From positions 128,001-192,000 of the forward strand of contig CP051526.1 in NCBI GenBank assembly GCA_050916045.1: a stretch of DNA of 64,000 bases, read 5' to 3'. Of the stretch, positions 19,974 to 29,980 are shown one piece after another (within the stretch, counting starts at the first letter, position 1; each line of letters begins with the position of its first letter). The DNA is from Tepidisphaera sp. (GTDB lineage Bacteria > Planctomycetota > Phycisphaerae > Phycisphaerales > UBA1924). A program made the translations under genes and the position numbers. The notes under the pieces were generated by a model, which was not told where the DNA came from, did no database searches, and saw nothing but the letters and a program-made list of their open reading frames with translations.

Positions 19974-22007
19974 ATGAAGACCCGTTCCTCCGCCGTGATC
20001 GTCCCCCTCGTCGCTCTGGTCGCAAGCGTCTTCTGCACGCCCGTGATCGCCGGCCCCGTCGGCACCGCTTTCACCTACCAGGGTGAGGTTTCCAACGCCG
20101 GCGTCCCCATCAACGGCGCGGTGGACCTGCGATTCCGGCTTTACTCTCTCGCCGCCGGCGGAGCCCAGATCGGCCCGGCCCTGCAAGCGACCACGACCGC
20201 AGTGGACGGTCGATTCACGGTGAACCTGGATTTCGGCGCCGTTCCCTTCTCGCTCGGCGAGGAACGCTGGCTTGAGATCGATGTTCGATCCCCCTCCGGC
20301 GGCGGTGTCTACACGACCCTCGCTCAGCGTCAGTCGCTGAAAGCCGCTCCCTACGCCATGTACGCTCTGAGCGGCCTCCAAGGCCCCGCCGGCCCTCAGG
20401 GCCCGCAAGGCGTTCCCGGCCCCACAGGTCCGCAAGGCCCGCAGGGCAACACCGGGCCGACTGGTCCCCAAGGTCCCCAAGGCAACACTGGCGCGACCGG
20501 GCCCGCTGGTCCTCAAGGCCCCCAAGGCAACACCGGCCCGGCCGGACCCCAAGGCCCGCAAGGCACCTCCCCCTGGGGCCTCACCGGCAACAACACCTGG
20601 TACACCCAAGGCAACGTCGGCATCGGCACCAACACCCCCGCGAACAAGCTCTCCCTCGTTGGGTCCGGCACGGTGGCGCGGGCCGACGTGGACACCACCG
20701 GCGGCAATAGCACGATCCTTCGCGGGTTCCTGACGGGTTCGGGCGGGGGCACCGGCGTCTCGATCGATTCCGCGGCGGCCACGGGCTCGATCTTCGCGTC
20801 GAGCGCGACCAATGGCGGCGGGCAGGTCATCAACTTCGCCGGCACGAACGCGAGCGGCGCCGGACGCGGCTTGTCCATCAGCATGACCAGCACGGCGGGA
20901 ACCACCTACGGCGGGTACATCACCAACGCCAGCCCCGCCGGCTACGGGCTCTGGGTCAACAACACCGCCCTCAGCGGCACCACCTACGGCATCCGCAGCG
21001 AGAACAACAGCCCCGACGGGTACGCGATCTACGCGGTGCACGACAACTCCGCCGGCGACGGCCCCGCGATCTTCGCACGTACCGACTCCCTCTCCAGCGG
21101 CGCCTATGCGATCCACGGTGTGGTCGCCAACGGGACCGCGGGCGGTGGCGGAGCCGCGGGTGTTCGTGGCGAGAACATGGCCACCACCAACGGCTACGGC
21201 GTCTACGGCACGCACGCCGGCGCGGGATGGGGCGTCTACGGCCAAGCCCCCACCGGCCGCGGCGTCTTCGGCCTCTCCACCTCGGGCATCGGCGTCCGCG
21301 GTCAGTCGACCTCCGGCATCGCCGTGAACGGATTCTCAAACTCGAACTACGGCGTCTTCGGCCAGTCCGACGACAACTACGGGGTGTACGGGTTGTCCGC
21401 GACGGACGTCGGTGTTCGCGGTCTGTCGATCAACTCGCACGGCGTCTACGGCTCTTGCACGGGCACGGGTCGCGGCGTCTATGGATATTCCGCGTCCGGC
21501 TACGGCGGGTACTTTGACGCGGGCTCCGCCGGCACCGCTCTCTACGTGGTGGGCACCGCTTCCGTCGGCGTCCTTCAGATCCGCGGCGGCGCCGACCTCG
21601 CCGAGAAGTTCGAGGTCGCGTGCACGGAGGCCAAGCCCGGCATGGTCGTCATGATCGACCCCGAACAGGTCGGCGGCATGAAGCTCGCTTCTGGCAAGTA
21701 CAACCGCTGCGTCGCGGGCGTCATCTCCGGAGCCAACAAGCTCGAAGCCGGCATGATCCTCGGCGACTTCGAAGGCAACAGCGACAAAGCCCAGCCCATC
21801 GCCCTCACCGGCCGCGTCTGGACCTACTGCGACGCTTCCGAATCCGCGATCGAGCCCGGCGACCTGCTCACCACCTCCGACACCCCCGGCTACGCGATGC
21901 CTGTCATCGACTCGTCCAAAGCCCCCGGCGCGACCATCGGGAAAGCCATGTCGCGTCTGGCCAAGGGCGAGAAGGGCATGGTCCTCGTGCTCATCAACCT
22001 CCAGTAA
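19974..22007 (+). CDS. Secreted collagen-containing fibre protein with GVYG repeats and C-terminal chaperone-like (Peptidase G2/IMC-like) domain
   Basis: Signal peptide, TAFTYQG N-domain, 22 Gly-X-Y triplets, GNVGIGT, many GVYG/GVRG repeats, GGADLAEKF...GDLLTTS..PG.AM...IGKAM. Confidence 0.8.
   Translation: MKTRSSAVIVPLVALVASVFCTPVIAGPVGTAFTYQGEVSNAGVPINGAVDLRFRLYSLAAGGAQIGPALQATTTAVDGRFTVNLDFGAVPFSLGEERWLEIDVRSPSGGGVYTTLAQRQSLKAAPYAMYALSGLQGPAGPQGPQGVPGPTGPQGPQGNTGPTGPQGPQGNTGATGPAGPQGPQGNTGPAGPQGPQGTSPWGLTGNNTWYTQGNVGIGTNTPANKLSLVGSGTVARADVDTTGGNSTILRGFLTGSGGGTGVSIDSAAATGSIFASSATNGGGQVINFAGTNASGAGRGLSISMTSTAGTTYGGYITNASPAGYGLWVNNTALSGTTYGIRSENNSPDGYAIYAVHDNSAGDGPAIFARTDSLSSGAYAIHGVVANGTAGGGGAAGVRGENMATTNGYGVYGTHAGAGWGVYGQAPTGRGVFGLSTSGIGVRGQSTSGIAVNGFSNSNYGVFGQSDDNYGVYGLSATDVGVRGLSINSHGVYGSCTGTGRGVYGYSASGYGGYFDAGSAGTALYVVGTASVGVLQIRGGADLAEKFEVACTEAKPGMVVMIDPEQVGGMKLASGKYNRCVAGVISGANKLEAGMILGDFEGNSDKAQPIALTGRVWTYCDASESAIEPGDLLTTSDTPGYAMPVIDSSKAPGATIGKAMSRLAKGEKGMVLVLINLQ
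20373..20570 (+). repeat. Collagen-like (Gly-X-Y)22 coding repeat
   Basis: [15 protein letters not shown] ... GPQ GTS, 198 nt. Confidence 0.95.
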
Positions 22008-22031
22008 GAAGCAACTCTCAAGGAGGCTCTC

Positions 22032-23519
22032 ATGAAGTTCCCCCTCTGGATGCTCGCCGGCTTGGCGGCCGGTTCCGCGCACGCACAAATCCAGCTCTTC
22101 GCGCCCGAAGCGATCCCCGCCGGGTTCCCCCTCCGGCAGGGAGCGGTCTCCGCCATCGGGGTCCGACCCGACTTCGACAAGCTGTCGGTCCTCGCGGTGG
22201 GCGATGAGGTCCAAGTCCCCCTCGGCGACGGCTTCTCGGTGACCGCCCGTGTCTCGCGCGTCGTTCGACTCGCCCAGTCCAGGGTGACGATCCACGCCGA
22301 GGTGCTGGACCTGCCCGAAGCTTCCTTCATCCTCTGCCAGGAGGACGACGCGATCGCGATGAGCGTGTGGCTTCCGACCATCGGCGGCCTGTACCGGCTT
22401 CAGTACATCGAGAACGGGCTTCACGCCGCGTGCAAGCTGGACGACCGGCTGCTTCCCGAGTGCGGCGGAACGCCTCAGGCGCCGCCCCCGCCCGACCTCG
22501 ACATCGATGATCCGGCGGGCGATGACGACCACTGGACCGTGGGCACGGGCCGCATCGACGGCCGTCCCGATCTCGGCGACGGATCCGCGGGCGGGATTGA
22601 GTCCGCGGGATGCACGCAGTCCACACCCATCATCGACACGATGGTCGTTTACACCGACGTCGCCCGCAGCGCCGCGGGCGGAGCCAGCGCGATCCGCGCC
22701 GAGTGCCGCCTCGCGATCGAATCCACCAACGCCGCGTACGCGCGAAGCGGGATCAGCGTCCGGCAGCGCCTGGTGTGGGCGGGGGAAGTCACGTACAACG
22801 AGGCGGGCAGCTTCGAGGACCATCTCAACCGCGTGACGGATGCGGCCGACGGGTTCTTTGACTGGATCAACGTCACCAAGGACCAGGTGAACGCCGACTT
22901 GTGCGCGATGTTCGTCGACGACTCCTCCTCCGGCGGACTCGGCTGGTGCGCCATCTCGTCCAACGCCCGCGCGTACAGCATCACGCGATGGGATATCGCC
23001 GCTTCGGCGTTCGTCCACGCCCACGAGACCGGGCACAACCTCGGATGCGCCCACGACCCCGACAACGTCGACTGCAATCCCGCATCCTCTTACGGGTTGG
23101 GGCACCGGTTCTCCGGAAACGACAGTGTCCAGTACCGCACGGTGATGTCCTACGCCCCCGGGACCCGTATCCAGAACTTCTCCAATCCCAACGTGAACTT
23201 CCAGGGTCAGCCCACCGGCCTCTCGACCCGCAACAACGCCCGCATCATCAACGAACGCGACACGATCATCGAGGATCTTCAGTTCACCCGCTGGGACATC
23301 TACGTCAATCTCGCCTACAGCGGCACCGAGATCGGCACCTACGCCCTCCCGTACAACACCGTCTCCGAAGGGATCGGCGCTCTCGCCGTCGGCACCAACG
23401 CCGGCGAACTTCCAAGCCTCTACATCCGTGCAGGCACCAGCTCCTACGTCGGCACCATCTCCAAAGCCATGGAGATCAACGCCTGCAGCGGCGTGGTCAA
23501 CATCGGCGGCAACCCCTGA
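22032..23519 (+). CDS. Secreted M12B/reprolysin-like zinc metallopeptidase
   Basis: HETGHNLGCAHD zinc motif, RTVMSY Met-turn, pro-domain CGG, AGGAGG SD. Confidence 0.9.
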   Translation: MKFPLWMLAGLAAGSAHAQIQLFAPEAIPAGFPLRQGAVSAIGVRPDFDKLSVLAVGDEVQVPLGDGFSVTARVSRVVRLAQSRVTIHAEVLDLPEASFILCQEDDAIAMSVWLPTIGGLYRLQYIENGLHAACKLDDRLLPECGGTPQAPPPPDLDIDDPAGDDDHWTVGTGRIDGRPDLGDGSAGGIESAGCTQSTPIIDTMVVYTDVARSAAGGASAIRAECRLAIESTNAAYARSGISVRQRLVWAGEVTYNEAGSFEDHLNRVTDAADGFFDWINVTKDQVNADLCAMFVDDSSSGGLGWCAISSNARAYSITRWDIAASAFVHAHETGHNLGCAHDPDNVDCNPASSYGLGHRFSGNDSVQYRTVMSYAPGTRIQNFSNPNVNFQGQPTGLSTRNNARIINERDTIIEDLQFTRWDIYVNLAYSGTEIGTYALPYNTVSEGIGALAVGTNAGELPSLYIRAGTSSYVGTISKAMEINACSGVVNIGGNP

Positions 23520-23550
23520 AGGTGCCGCAACCGTCAGATCGGGAACTCTC

Positions 23551-25086
23551 ATGATCGCACGTGCAGCATTCATCTTGTCCGCTTCGCTCCTGATCGCTGG
23601 TCACGCTTGCGCCCAGGGCGTGCCGGATGCCGCGACGCTGCCCAGGACTTTCTTCGCGGCGCCGATGCCGCAGGGCGCCGAGCCGCACCGCCAGAGCATC
23701 GTCTTTCAGCCCGCTTCCATCGACACGGCCATGCTCGGAGCCCTGAGCGTCGGCGACTGGTTCGCGATCAACGTCTCGCCCGAGCGCACCTTCGTGGGCC
23801 TCGTGCGCGAGATGCGTCACCGCGGCGACGGTCGCTTCACGATCTCCGGCACGCTCGACGGGCTCGAAGAGACCACCTTCGTGATCGCCGTCCAGCACGA
23901 AGCCGTCGCGGGGACGTTCCAGTCGCCCACGACCGAAGAGCACTACAAGCTCAAGTACACGGGCGAAGCCGGTGTTCACCTCGTCTGCCAGATCGACCCG
24001 TCCAAGTACGGCAAGTGCGCCGGCGCGATCCAGCCCCCGCCTCGCCCCGAGGGCGCCGCGTGGCTCAACCCCGTCGATGATCTGGACGAAGCCGTCGCCG
24101 CGCTCCCCCCGCCGCCCGACGGGGACGACCCCTTCGGCGATCGCGGCTCGTGCCCCACGCCGCAGACCATCTTCGACGGCATGGTCGCGTACTCCGACAA
24201 CGTCCGCGTCGCCATGGGCGGCACCAACGCCGTTCTCGCCGAGATCGAGCTCACCCAGACCGTGACCAACGAGGTCTACTCCCGAAGCGGCGTCGCCGCA
24301 CGCTACCGCGTCGTCTGGGTCGGCGAGGTCAACTACGCCCAGACCAGCGACGGAGACACCGACCTCTCCCAACTCGCGGACGGGAGCGACGGCATTCTGG
24401 ACAACCTCCACACCATCCGCGACAACGAGAACGCCGATTTCGTCACGCTCTGGGTCACCACCATCGGCGAAGGGCTTTGCGGCATCGCGTACTGCACGCC
24501 CGACGCGTCCGACGCCTTCAACGTCGTGGTGTGGGACTGCGCCGCCGACAACTTCAGCCACCCGCACGAGCTCGGCCACAACCAGGGGTGCGACCACAAC
24601 GACGGCGACGGAACCCTCGGTTGCGGCGAGTACGACTACTCCCTCGGGTACCGGTTCTTCGGTTCGGATGGACGCGGCTACCGCACCGTCATGGCGTACG
24701 ACACCGAGCGGCCGACCTACACACGCATCGGCTACTTCTCGACGCCGAATCGTTCGTTCATGGGTCGCACCGTCGGCACCGCCGACATCGACAACACCCG
24801 ATCGATCAACAACACCCGCGCTCGATGCGAAGGGTTCCAGTTCAGCCGCGTCGAGGTCTACGTCGACTTCGGGTTCGGAGGTCTCCAGTTCGGCACCTTC
24901 AGCAACCCTTACTCCAACTTCCTCACCGCCGTCAACGTCAGCCGCCAGCCCGCTTCCTCCGCCCTCGTCGAGGACCAAGCCACCGTGTTCCTCAAGCCCG
25001 GCACCGGCTCATTCAGCGGCACGGTGAACAAAGCCATGTGGCTTCGGGCCTGCGGCGGCACGGTCAACATCGGCGGCAACCCCTGA
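23551..25086 (+). CDS. Secreted M12B/reprolysin-like zinc metallopeptidase (paralogue)
   Basis: HELGHNQGCDHN, RTVMAY; same C-terminus ...ACGGTVNIGGNP. Confidence 0.9.
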   Translation: MIARAAFILSASLLIAGHACAQGVPDAATLPRTFFAAPMPQGAEPHRQSIVFQPASIDTAMLGALSVGDWFAINVSPERTFVGLVREMRHRGDGRFTISGTLDGLEETTFVIAVQHEAVAGTFQSPTTEEHYKLKYTGEAGVHLVCQIDPSKYGKCAGAIQPPPRPEGAAWLNPVDDLDEAVAALPPPPDGDDPFGDRGSCPTPQTIFDGMVAYSDNVRVAMGGTNAVLAEIELTQTVTNEVYSRSGVAARYRVVWVGEVNYAQTSDGDTDLSQLADGSDGILDNLHTIRDNENADFVTLWVTTIGEGLCGIAYCTPDASDAFNVVVWDCAADNFSHPHELGHNQGCDHNDGDGTLGCGEYDYSLGYRFFGSDGRGYRTVMAYDTERPTYTRIGYFSTPNRSFMGRTVGTADIDNTRSINNTRARCEGFQFSRVEVYVDFGFGGLQFGTFSNPYSNFLTAVNVSRQPASSALVEDQATVFLKPGTGSFSGTVNKAMWLRACGGTVNIGGNP

Positions 25087-25186
25087 ACACACCCCTGATC
25101 TCGGCCATGTTCCGAACGACACCCGATCACAAAAATCTCTGGCCAAACCAGTCCTCGTCTGTATACTCCGCGTAAGGATTCCTGCC

Positions 25187-25597
25187 ATGAAGACCACCAC
25201 CCTGCTCGCCCTCGCCGGTTCCTCTGCCCTCGCTTCGCTCGCGGCGGCTCAGCCCTTCGAGATCAGCTGGTACACGATCGACGGCGGCGGCGGGACGTCC
25301 ACGGGCGGCACCTTCGCGGTGTCCGGCACGATCGGACAGCCCGACGCGGGCACGCTGACGGGTGGCACGTTCGAGGTCCGCGGCGGATTCTGGACCGGCG
25401 CGAGCTCCGGCACCCCCTCCTGCCCGGCGGACTTCAACGGCGATGATTTCGTCGACTTCTTCGACTACGCCGATTACGTGACGTGCTTCGAAGACGCGAT
25501 CTGCCCCCCGGGCAAGACGGCGGACTTCAACGGCGACGACTTCGTCGATTTCTTCGACTACTCGGACTATGTCACGGCCTTCGAGACGGGCTGCTGA
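25187..25597 (+). CDS. Small secreted protein: WYTIDGGG domain plus GC-type dockerin-like tail
   Basis: Signal peptide; FEISWYTIDGGGGTSTGGTFAVSGTIGQPDAG...GGFW; dockerin tail. Confidence 0.9.
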   Translation: MKTTTLLALAGSSALASLAAAQPFEISWYTIDGGGGTSTGGTFAVSGTIGQPDAGTLTGGTFEVRGGFWTGASSGTPSCPADFNGDDFVDFFDYADYVTCFEDAICPPGKTADFNGDDFVDFFDYSDYVTAFETGC

Positions 25598-25797
25598 TCC
25601 TTCTGAGTCGAAGCCCGACCGCGCAGGAACTGCACCACAACGTGGGCGGACCAAACGGTAAACTGGGTAAACCTGCGGACCAGCAAACCCTCGCCAAGCG
25701 TGGCGAACGGCGTTCTTGCATAAAAATTCTTTCGCACGCGGCAACCCTCGCGGTTCATGGCGTCGAATGATCCTCTGCGTCGGAGGAGGTTCCCAGA

Positions 25798-27276
25798 ATG
25801 AGTGCACATACGTTGATTCGCGCCGTGGCCGGTTCCCTGGTCGCTCTCGCCGCTGCGGCTCCCGCCATGGCTCAGGTGACGTTCGTCCAGAAGGTCGGGT
25901 CGTATTCCCGCCCCATCTACGTGACCGCTCCCGGGGGGGATTTCAGCCGCATCTTCGTGATCGAGCAGTTCGCGACCGGCCCCGTCGGCCGGATCAAGAT
26001 CTTCCGCCCCGCCACCAGCACGAGCACCGATTTCCTCGTGCTCTCGGGGATTTCCAACGGTGATGAGCAGGGCCTGCTCGGCTTGGCTTTCCACCCCGAC
26101 TACGCCACCAACCGCAAGTTCTACATCAACTTCACGAACACCTCCGGCACGACGGTGATCCGCGAGTACACGACCCTGGCGAACAACCCCGACGCGGCCG
26201 ACACGGCCAGCGCGCGGACGATCCTGACGATCGCCCAGCCCCAGGCCAACCACAACGGCGGCTGGATCGGCTTCGGCCCTGACGGCATGCTCTACATCGC
26301 TTCGGGCGATGGCGGCGGCGCCAACGACGAGGGCTCGGGCCACACCACCGGCACCGGCAACGCCCAGGACATCACGAGCAACCTGCTCGGCAAGATGCTC
26401 CGCATCGACGTCAATGGGGATGATTTCCCGGCCGACGCGAACCGCAACTACCGCATCCCCGCGGGAAACCCTTTCATCGGGGTGACCGGCGATGATGAGA
26501 TCTGGTCCTACGGCCTCCGCAACCCCTGGCGCAACAGCTTTGACCGCCTGACCAACGACCTCTGGATCGCCGACGTCGGCCAGAACGTCTGGGAGGAGAT
26601 CAACCGTGAGCCCGCCAACACGCCCGGCCGCAACTACGGCTGGCGCTGCATGGAAGGGAACAACTGCACGGGCCTGACGGGCTGCACGTGCAACGCCGGC
26701 TCGCTCACGATGCCGGTGTACGTGTACCAGCACGCCAGCAGCCGCTGCTCGGTCACGGGCGGATACGTCTACCGCGGCTGCCTCAACCCCGCGCTCTACG
26801 GCCACTACATCTTCGCCGACTACTGCACGGGCGAGATCTGGGGCCGCAACCCCGACACGGGCGTCGTGACGCGTCTGGTCACCCTCGGCTTTGGCGTCAC
26901 GTCCTTCGGCGAAGACGCGTACGGCGAGCTTTGGGTCACGCGTCAGACCGGCGGCCGTGTTCTCCGCATGGAGCCCGCGGCCGGTGCCCCGGCGTTCACC
27001 GACTGCAATGGCAACAACCGCCCGGACTGCTGGGACCTGGCCGACGGCACGGCGACCGACAACAATGGCAACGGGATTCCCGACTCGTGCGACCCGCCCT
27101 GCGGCCCCGACTTCAACGGCGACGGCTTCCTCGACTTCTTCGACTACGACGCTTATGTCGAGTGCTTCGAGCTGAGCACGTGCCCGCCGGGCAAGTCGGC
27201 TGATTTCAACGGCGACGACTTCGTCGACTTCTTCGATTACGACGCGTTCGTCGCGGCGTTCGAGACCGGCTGCTGA
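25798..27276 (+). CDS. PQQ-dependent glucose/sorbosone dehydrogenase (GSDH) family protein with dockerin-like tail
   Basis: EQGLLGLAFHPDY, NHNGG, FGPDGMLYIASGDGG, GLRNPWR, DVGQ..WEEIN. Confidence 0.92.
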   Translation: MSAHTLIRAVAGSLVALAAAAPAMAQVTFVQKVGSYSRPIYVTAPGGDFSRIFVIEQFATGPVGRIKIFRPATSTSTDFLVLSGISNGDEQGLLGLAFHPDYATNRKFYINFTNTSGTTVIREYTTLANNPDAADTASARTILTIAQPQANHNGGWIGFGPDGMLYIASGDGGGANDEGSGHTTGTGNAQDITSNLLGKMLRIDVNGDDFPADANRNYRIPAGNPFIGVTGDDEIWSYGLRNPWRNSFDRLTNDLWIADVGQNVWEEINREPANTPGRNYGWRCMEGNNCTGLTGCTCNAGSLTMPVYVYQHASSRCSVTGGYVYRGCLNPALYGHYIFADYCTGEIWGRNPDTGVVTRLVTLGFGVTSFGEDAYGELWVTRQTGGRVLRMEPAAGAPAFTDCNGNNRPDCWDLADGTATDNNGNGIPDSCDPPCGPDFNGDGFLDFFDYDAYVECFELSTCPPGKSADFNGDDFVDFFDYDAFVAAFETGC

Positions 27277-27340
27277 TCGCGGCGGTCCGCTCCGGGGCGA
27301 ATGCTCCAAGGCACCGGACCGGTCATCACCATCAACAAGC

Positions 27341-27370
27341 AAGGCCCGGCGGATCGTTCCGCCGGGCCTT
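27341..27370. terminator. Probable bidirectional terminator hairpin
   Basis: AAGGCCCGGCGGA-TCGT-TCCGCCGGGCCTT between convergent genes. Confidence 0.75.
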
Positions 27371-27407
27371 GTCGCTTTTCGTTCGCTCGTCACCGCACGC
27401 GGATCGC

Positions 27408-29240
27408 TCAGTACTTCACCGAGCCGTCATCGAGCGTGACCCGTCCGGCCTGCTCGTACGGGTCGTCGACGCAGATCTCCGCCAAGCGGCCGGTGATCTG
27501 GACCCGCTGGCCGGCGTAAAGCGTCGGCACCGAGGTCCTGGGGACCATCACGATCAGCACACGCTGGCCGCGCGGGCCCGGCGTCAGCGACCGGAACCAG
27601 AGCTGACGCTCGCCGTCGACGACCTTGTCGGCTTCGAACCCGACATCCCAGCCGCCTGCGGGCACGCGGCCCAGGAAGTTCGCTGAAGCCGTCGCGCGGT
27701 CCGAGGGGCTGACGCTCACCACCGCGCCGATCACCGCATCGGGCGTGTCGTTCCAACCCAGCACGCCCGCAAGCTCATCGCTGCGGTACACCGTGGGCTG
27801 ATACGCCGGCAGATTCACTTCAACCACACGCTCCGACGGGGCGTAGACGATCGTCGTCGAGGACGTCGCAACCGCGTCGCAGAAATCCACAAGCTCAAGA
27901 CGCGGCGAGGGGTCGTAGTACGTCGTGGTCGTCGTCACCGCGCTCGACCCGTACCACGTCGTCGTCGTGTACGTGACCGGCGGGCAATACACCGGCGTGG
28001 CGTAGTACACCGGGTAGGAGTAAATCACCGGCGAGTACCAATTGAACGAGAACGACCACCCGCTCCAGCACGACCGGCCCCATCCAAGGCCCCAGCCCCA
28101 GCGGTGCCGCGGCGACCAGCAGTCATCCCAGCGGCCGTCCCAGTATCCGTGGCGATACCCCCGGCGGAATCCGTCGCGATGGCCGTCGCGGTACCCGTCC
28201 CAGTAGTCGTTGGAGTCGTACGTCGTCCCGCACGAACCCGCGTAGCTGTCATCACGCGATCCCAAGCCGTTCGACCGGCGGTCGTACGGCGTCGCGCTGG
28301 CGATGCCGCTGAATCGCTGCGAGCGATCGCTCACCACCCGCGTGAGTTCCGGAGAGTCCGTGCGCGTGTCCACCCGGCGCGGGCCGGAGAAGCCGTCGCC
28401 GCGGCTGTCGCGGTCATTCCCCGAGCCGGAGGAGATCGACCGGATCGGCGTCTTCGCGGGTGCCACGGTGCCGCCGCCACCCGGCGTGATTCTCGGATTG
28501 CCCGAAGCGTTCCCGGAAGAGTTGCCCGCCGGCGTATCGCCGAGCCTCGGCTTGACGTTGACGCTGTTGCTCGGGCGAACCTGCTTGATCTCGCCCGGTC
28601 GAGCCCGGGACGGCGTGCCCGTGCCCGGGGACCCGGTGCTGGGTGAACCTGTGCTCGGTGAGCCCGCGGCCGGACCGCTCGGCGTCACCTTCACCGGCGC
28701 GCCGCCGCCCGGCGTTCCCCCGCTGGAGGGAAGGGGCTTGGTGGGCAACTGGCGGGTCGGCGTGGAAGGCTGCGTCCTGGGCGTCGACGGAGCGGGCGTC
28801 GAAGGCTGAACCCTCGGCGTTGACGGAGCGGGAGAGGACGGGCGCACCGCCGGCTGCGCCGGGGTCGCTTTAGGAGGCGTCACGTTTCGTGCAGGCTGAG
28901 AAGCAGGCTGAGAAGCAGGCTGAGCGGCCCGCTGCGGCGCGGGCGAAGGCTGCACGCGTGAAGGCTGAGCCGCAGCCGGCGCGGACCTGGGCGCCGCCGC
29001 CGGTGCCGGCCTCGAAGCCGCCGGCGCGCTCTGTGCCGGCGCTTTCGGCTGGGCTTGCGGTTGAGATTTCGGCTGGCTCATCGCGGGTCGCGACTTGGGC
29101 TCGGTGGCTGTGGCTTGGCCAAAGGCCGAAGCCGCACACGCCAGCCCGGCGCACACGGCAAGCGTCTGACCACGACGCCAAAGCGACGCGGCGCCACCTC
29201 GCACCCGAAGGAACGCGGCTGAGTCTTCATTTGTGAACAT
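27408..29240 (-). CDS. Secreted Pro/Ser-rich low-complexity protein with Tyr/Trp-rich middle and globular C-terminal domain
   Basis: Signal-like AVCAGLACAASAFG; QPAS/PSTP repeats; GYRDG and WGWG motifs; start uncertain. Confidence 0.75.
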   Translation of the reverse strand: MFTNEDSAAFLRVRGGAASLWRRGQTLAVCAGLACAASAFGQATATEPKSRPAMSQPKSQPQAQPKAPAQSAPAASRPAPAAAPRSAPAAAQPSRVQPSPAPQRAAQPASQPASQPARNVTPPKATPAQPAVRPSSPAPSTPRVQPSTPAPSTPRTQPSTPTRQLPTKPLPSSGGTPGGGAPVKVTPSGPAAGSPSTGSPSTGSPGTGTPSRARPGEIKQVRPSNSVNVKPRLGDTPAGNSSGNASGNPRITPGGGGTVAPAKTPIRSISSGSGNDRDSRGDGFSGPRRVDTRTDSPELTRVVSDRSQRFSGIASATPYDRRSNGLGSRDDSYAGSCGTTYDSNDYWDGYRDGHRDGFRRGYRHGYWDGRWDDCWSPRHRWGWGLGWGRSCWSGWSFSFNWYSPVIYSYPVYYATPVYCPPVTYTTTTWYGSSAVTTTTTYYDPSPRLELVDFCDAVATSSTTIVYAPSERVVEVNLPAYQPTVYRSDELAGVLGWNDTPDAVIGAVVSVSPSDRATASANFLGRVPAGGWDVGFEADKVVDGERQLWFRSLTPGPRGQRVLIVMVPRTSVPTLYAGQRVQITGRLAEICVDDPYEQAGRVTLDDGSVKY

Positions 29241-29455
29241 GGGGGCCAATCTCTTGAAAGGCGAGAGCCGCACATCGCGGCCCGACAAAGAGAAGATACG
29301 CGATAAACCGCTTGAAGTGCCACAAAATCCGCGCGAACTTAGCGGACACAAACAAAGGGAGAGCCCAAGTTTCACAGATCGCGTCCGCAACCCGCACCAG
29401 TTCAGGTCGTACATTGTGCTATTCTGTTGCTTCGGCTACGGGAGGGTAACGGATC

Positions 29456-29980
29456 GTGGGAGATGGGTTGCAACGTGAAATCGGGAAACGTCAGGCATTC
29501 GCCTGTCTGGAGCAGGAAGCTTACCTGAACCTTTGGCGAACGCAGTCGGTCCTTTCGGGCGACTTTGCACGCCTGTTTAGGGGTCGTCGCCTCAACGAGT
29601 CTTCGTACAACGCCCTTCGGATTCTCCGAGGGGTCGGAGGCCAGGGGTGCTCGTGCGGCACCATCGGCTCCATGCTCGTCGCTCGCGTCCCGGATGTGAC
29701 TCGGATCATCAACCGGCTTGTGCGCGACGGTCTGGCCACGCGGCTTCGGTCCGCCGAGGATCGCCGGGTGGTGCGCGTGGCGATCACGACGATCGGGCTT
29801 GAGCGCCTGTCGAAGCTTGACGAGGAGGTGCTCGCGCTGCACCGTCGCCAGTTGGGCCACCTGCCGCAAGCGGACCTCGAAGCCCTGTGCCGGCTTCTCG
29901 AGACCGCCCGCTACCGGCCCGTTTCGTACTTGGACAACTCAGCCGAGTCGGGCGGTTCAGTCTCTGGCGAGGACGCTTGA
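29456..29980 (+). CDS. MarR family transcriptional regulator
   Basis: YNALRIL, PDVTRIINRLVRDGL, DRRVVRVAIT..G. Confidence 0.9.
   Translation: MGDGLQREIGKRQAFACLEQEAYLNLWRTQSVLSGDFARLFRGRRLNESSYNALRILRGVGGQGCSCGTIGSMLVARVPDVTRIINRLVRDGLATRLRSAEDRRVVRVAITTIGLERLSKLDEEVLALHRRQLGHLPQADLEALCRLLETARYRPVSYLDNSAESGGSVSGEDA

Noticed and set aside
19974..22007. Prophage tail fibre or prophage remnant
   Set aside because: Has a Sec signal peptide, host-like codon usage and no neighbouring phage genes
28891..28925. 12-bp tandem repeat (GCAGGCTGAGAA) as a contingency locus
   Set aside because: In-frame QPAS coding repeat within a low-complexity region; a length change would not shift the frame
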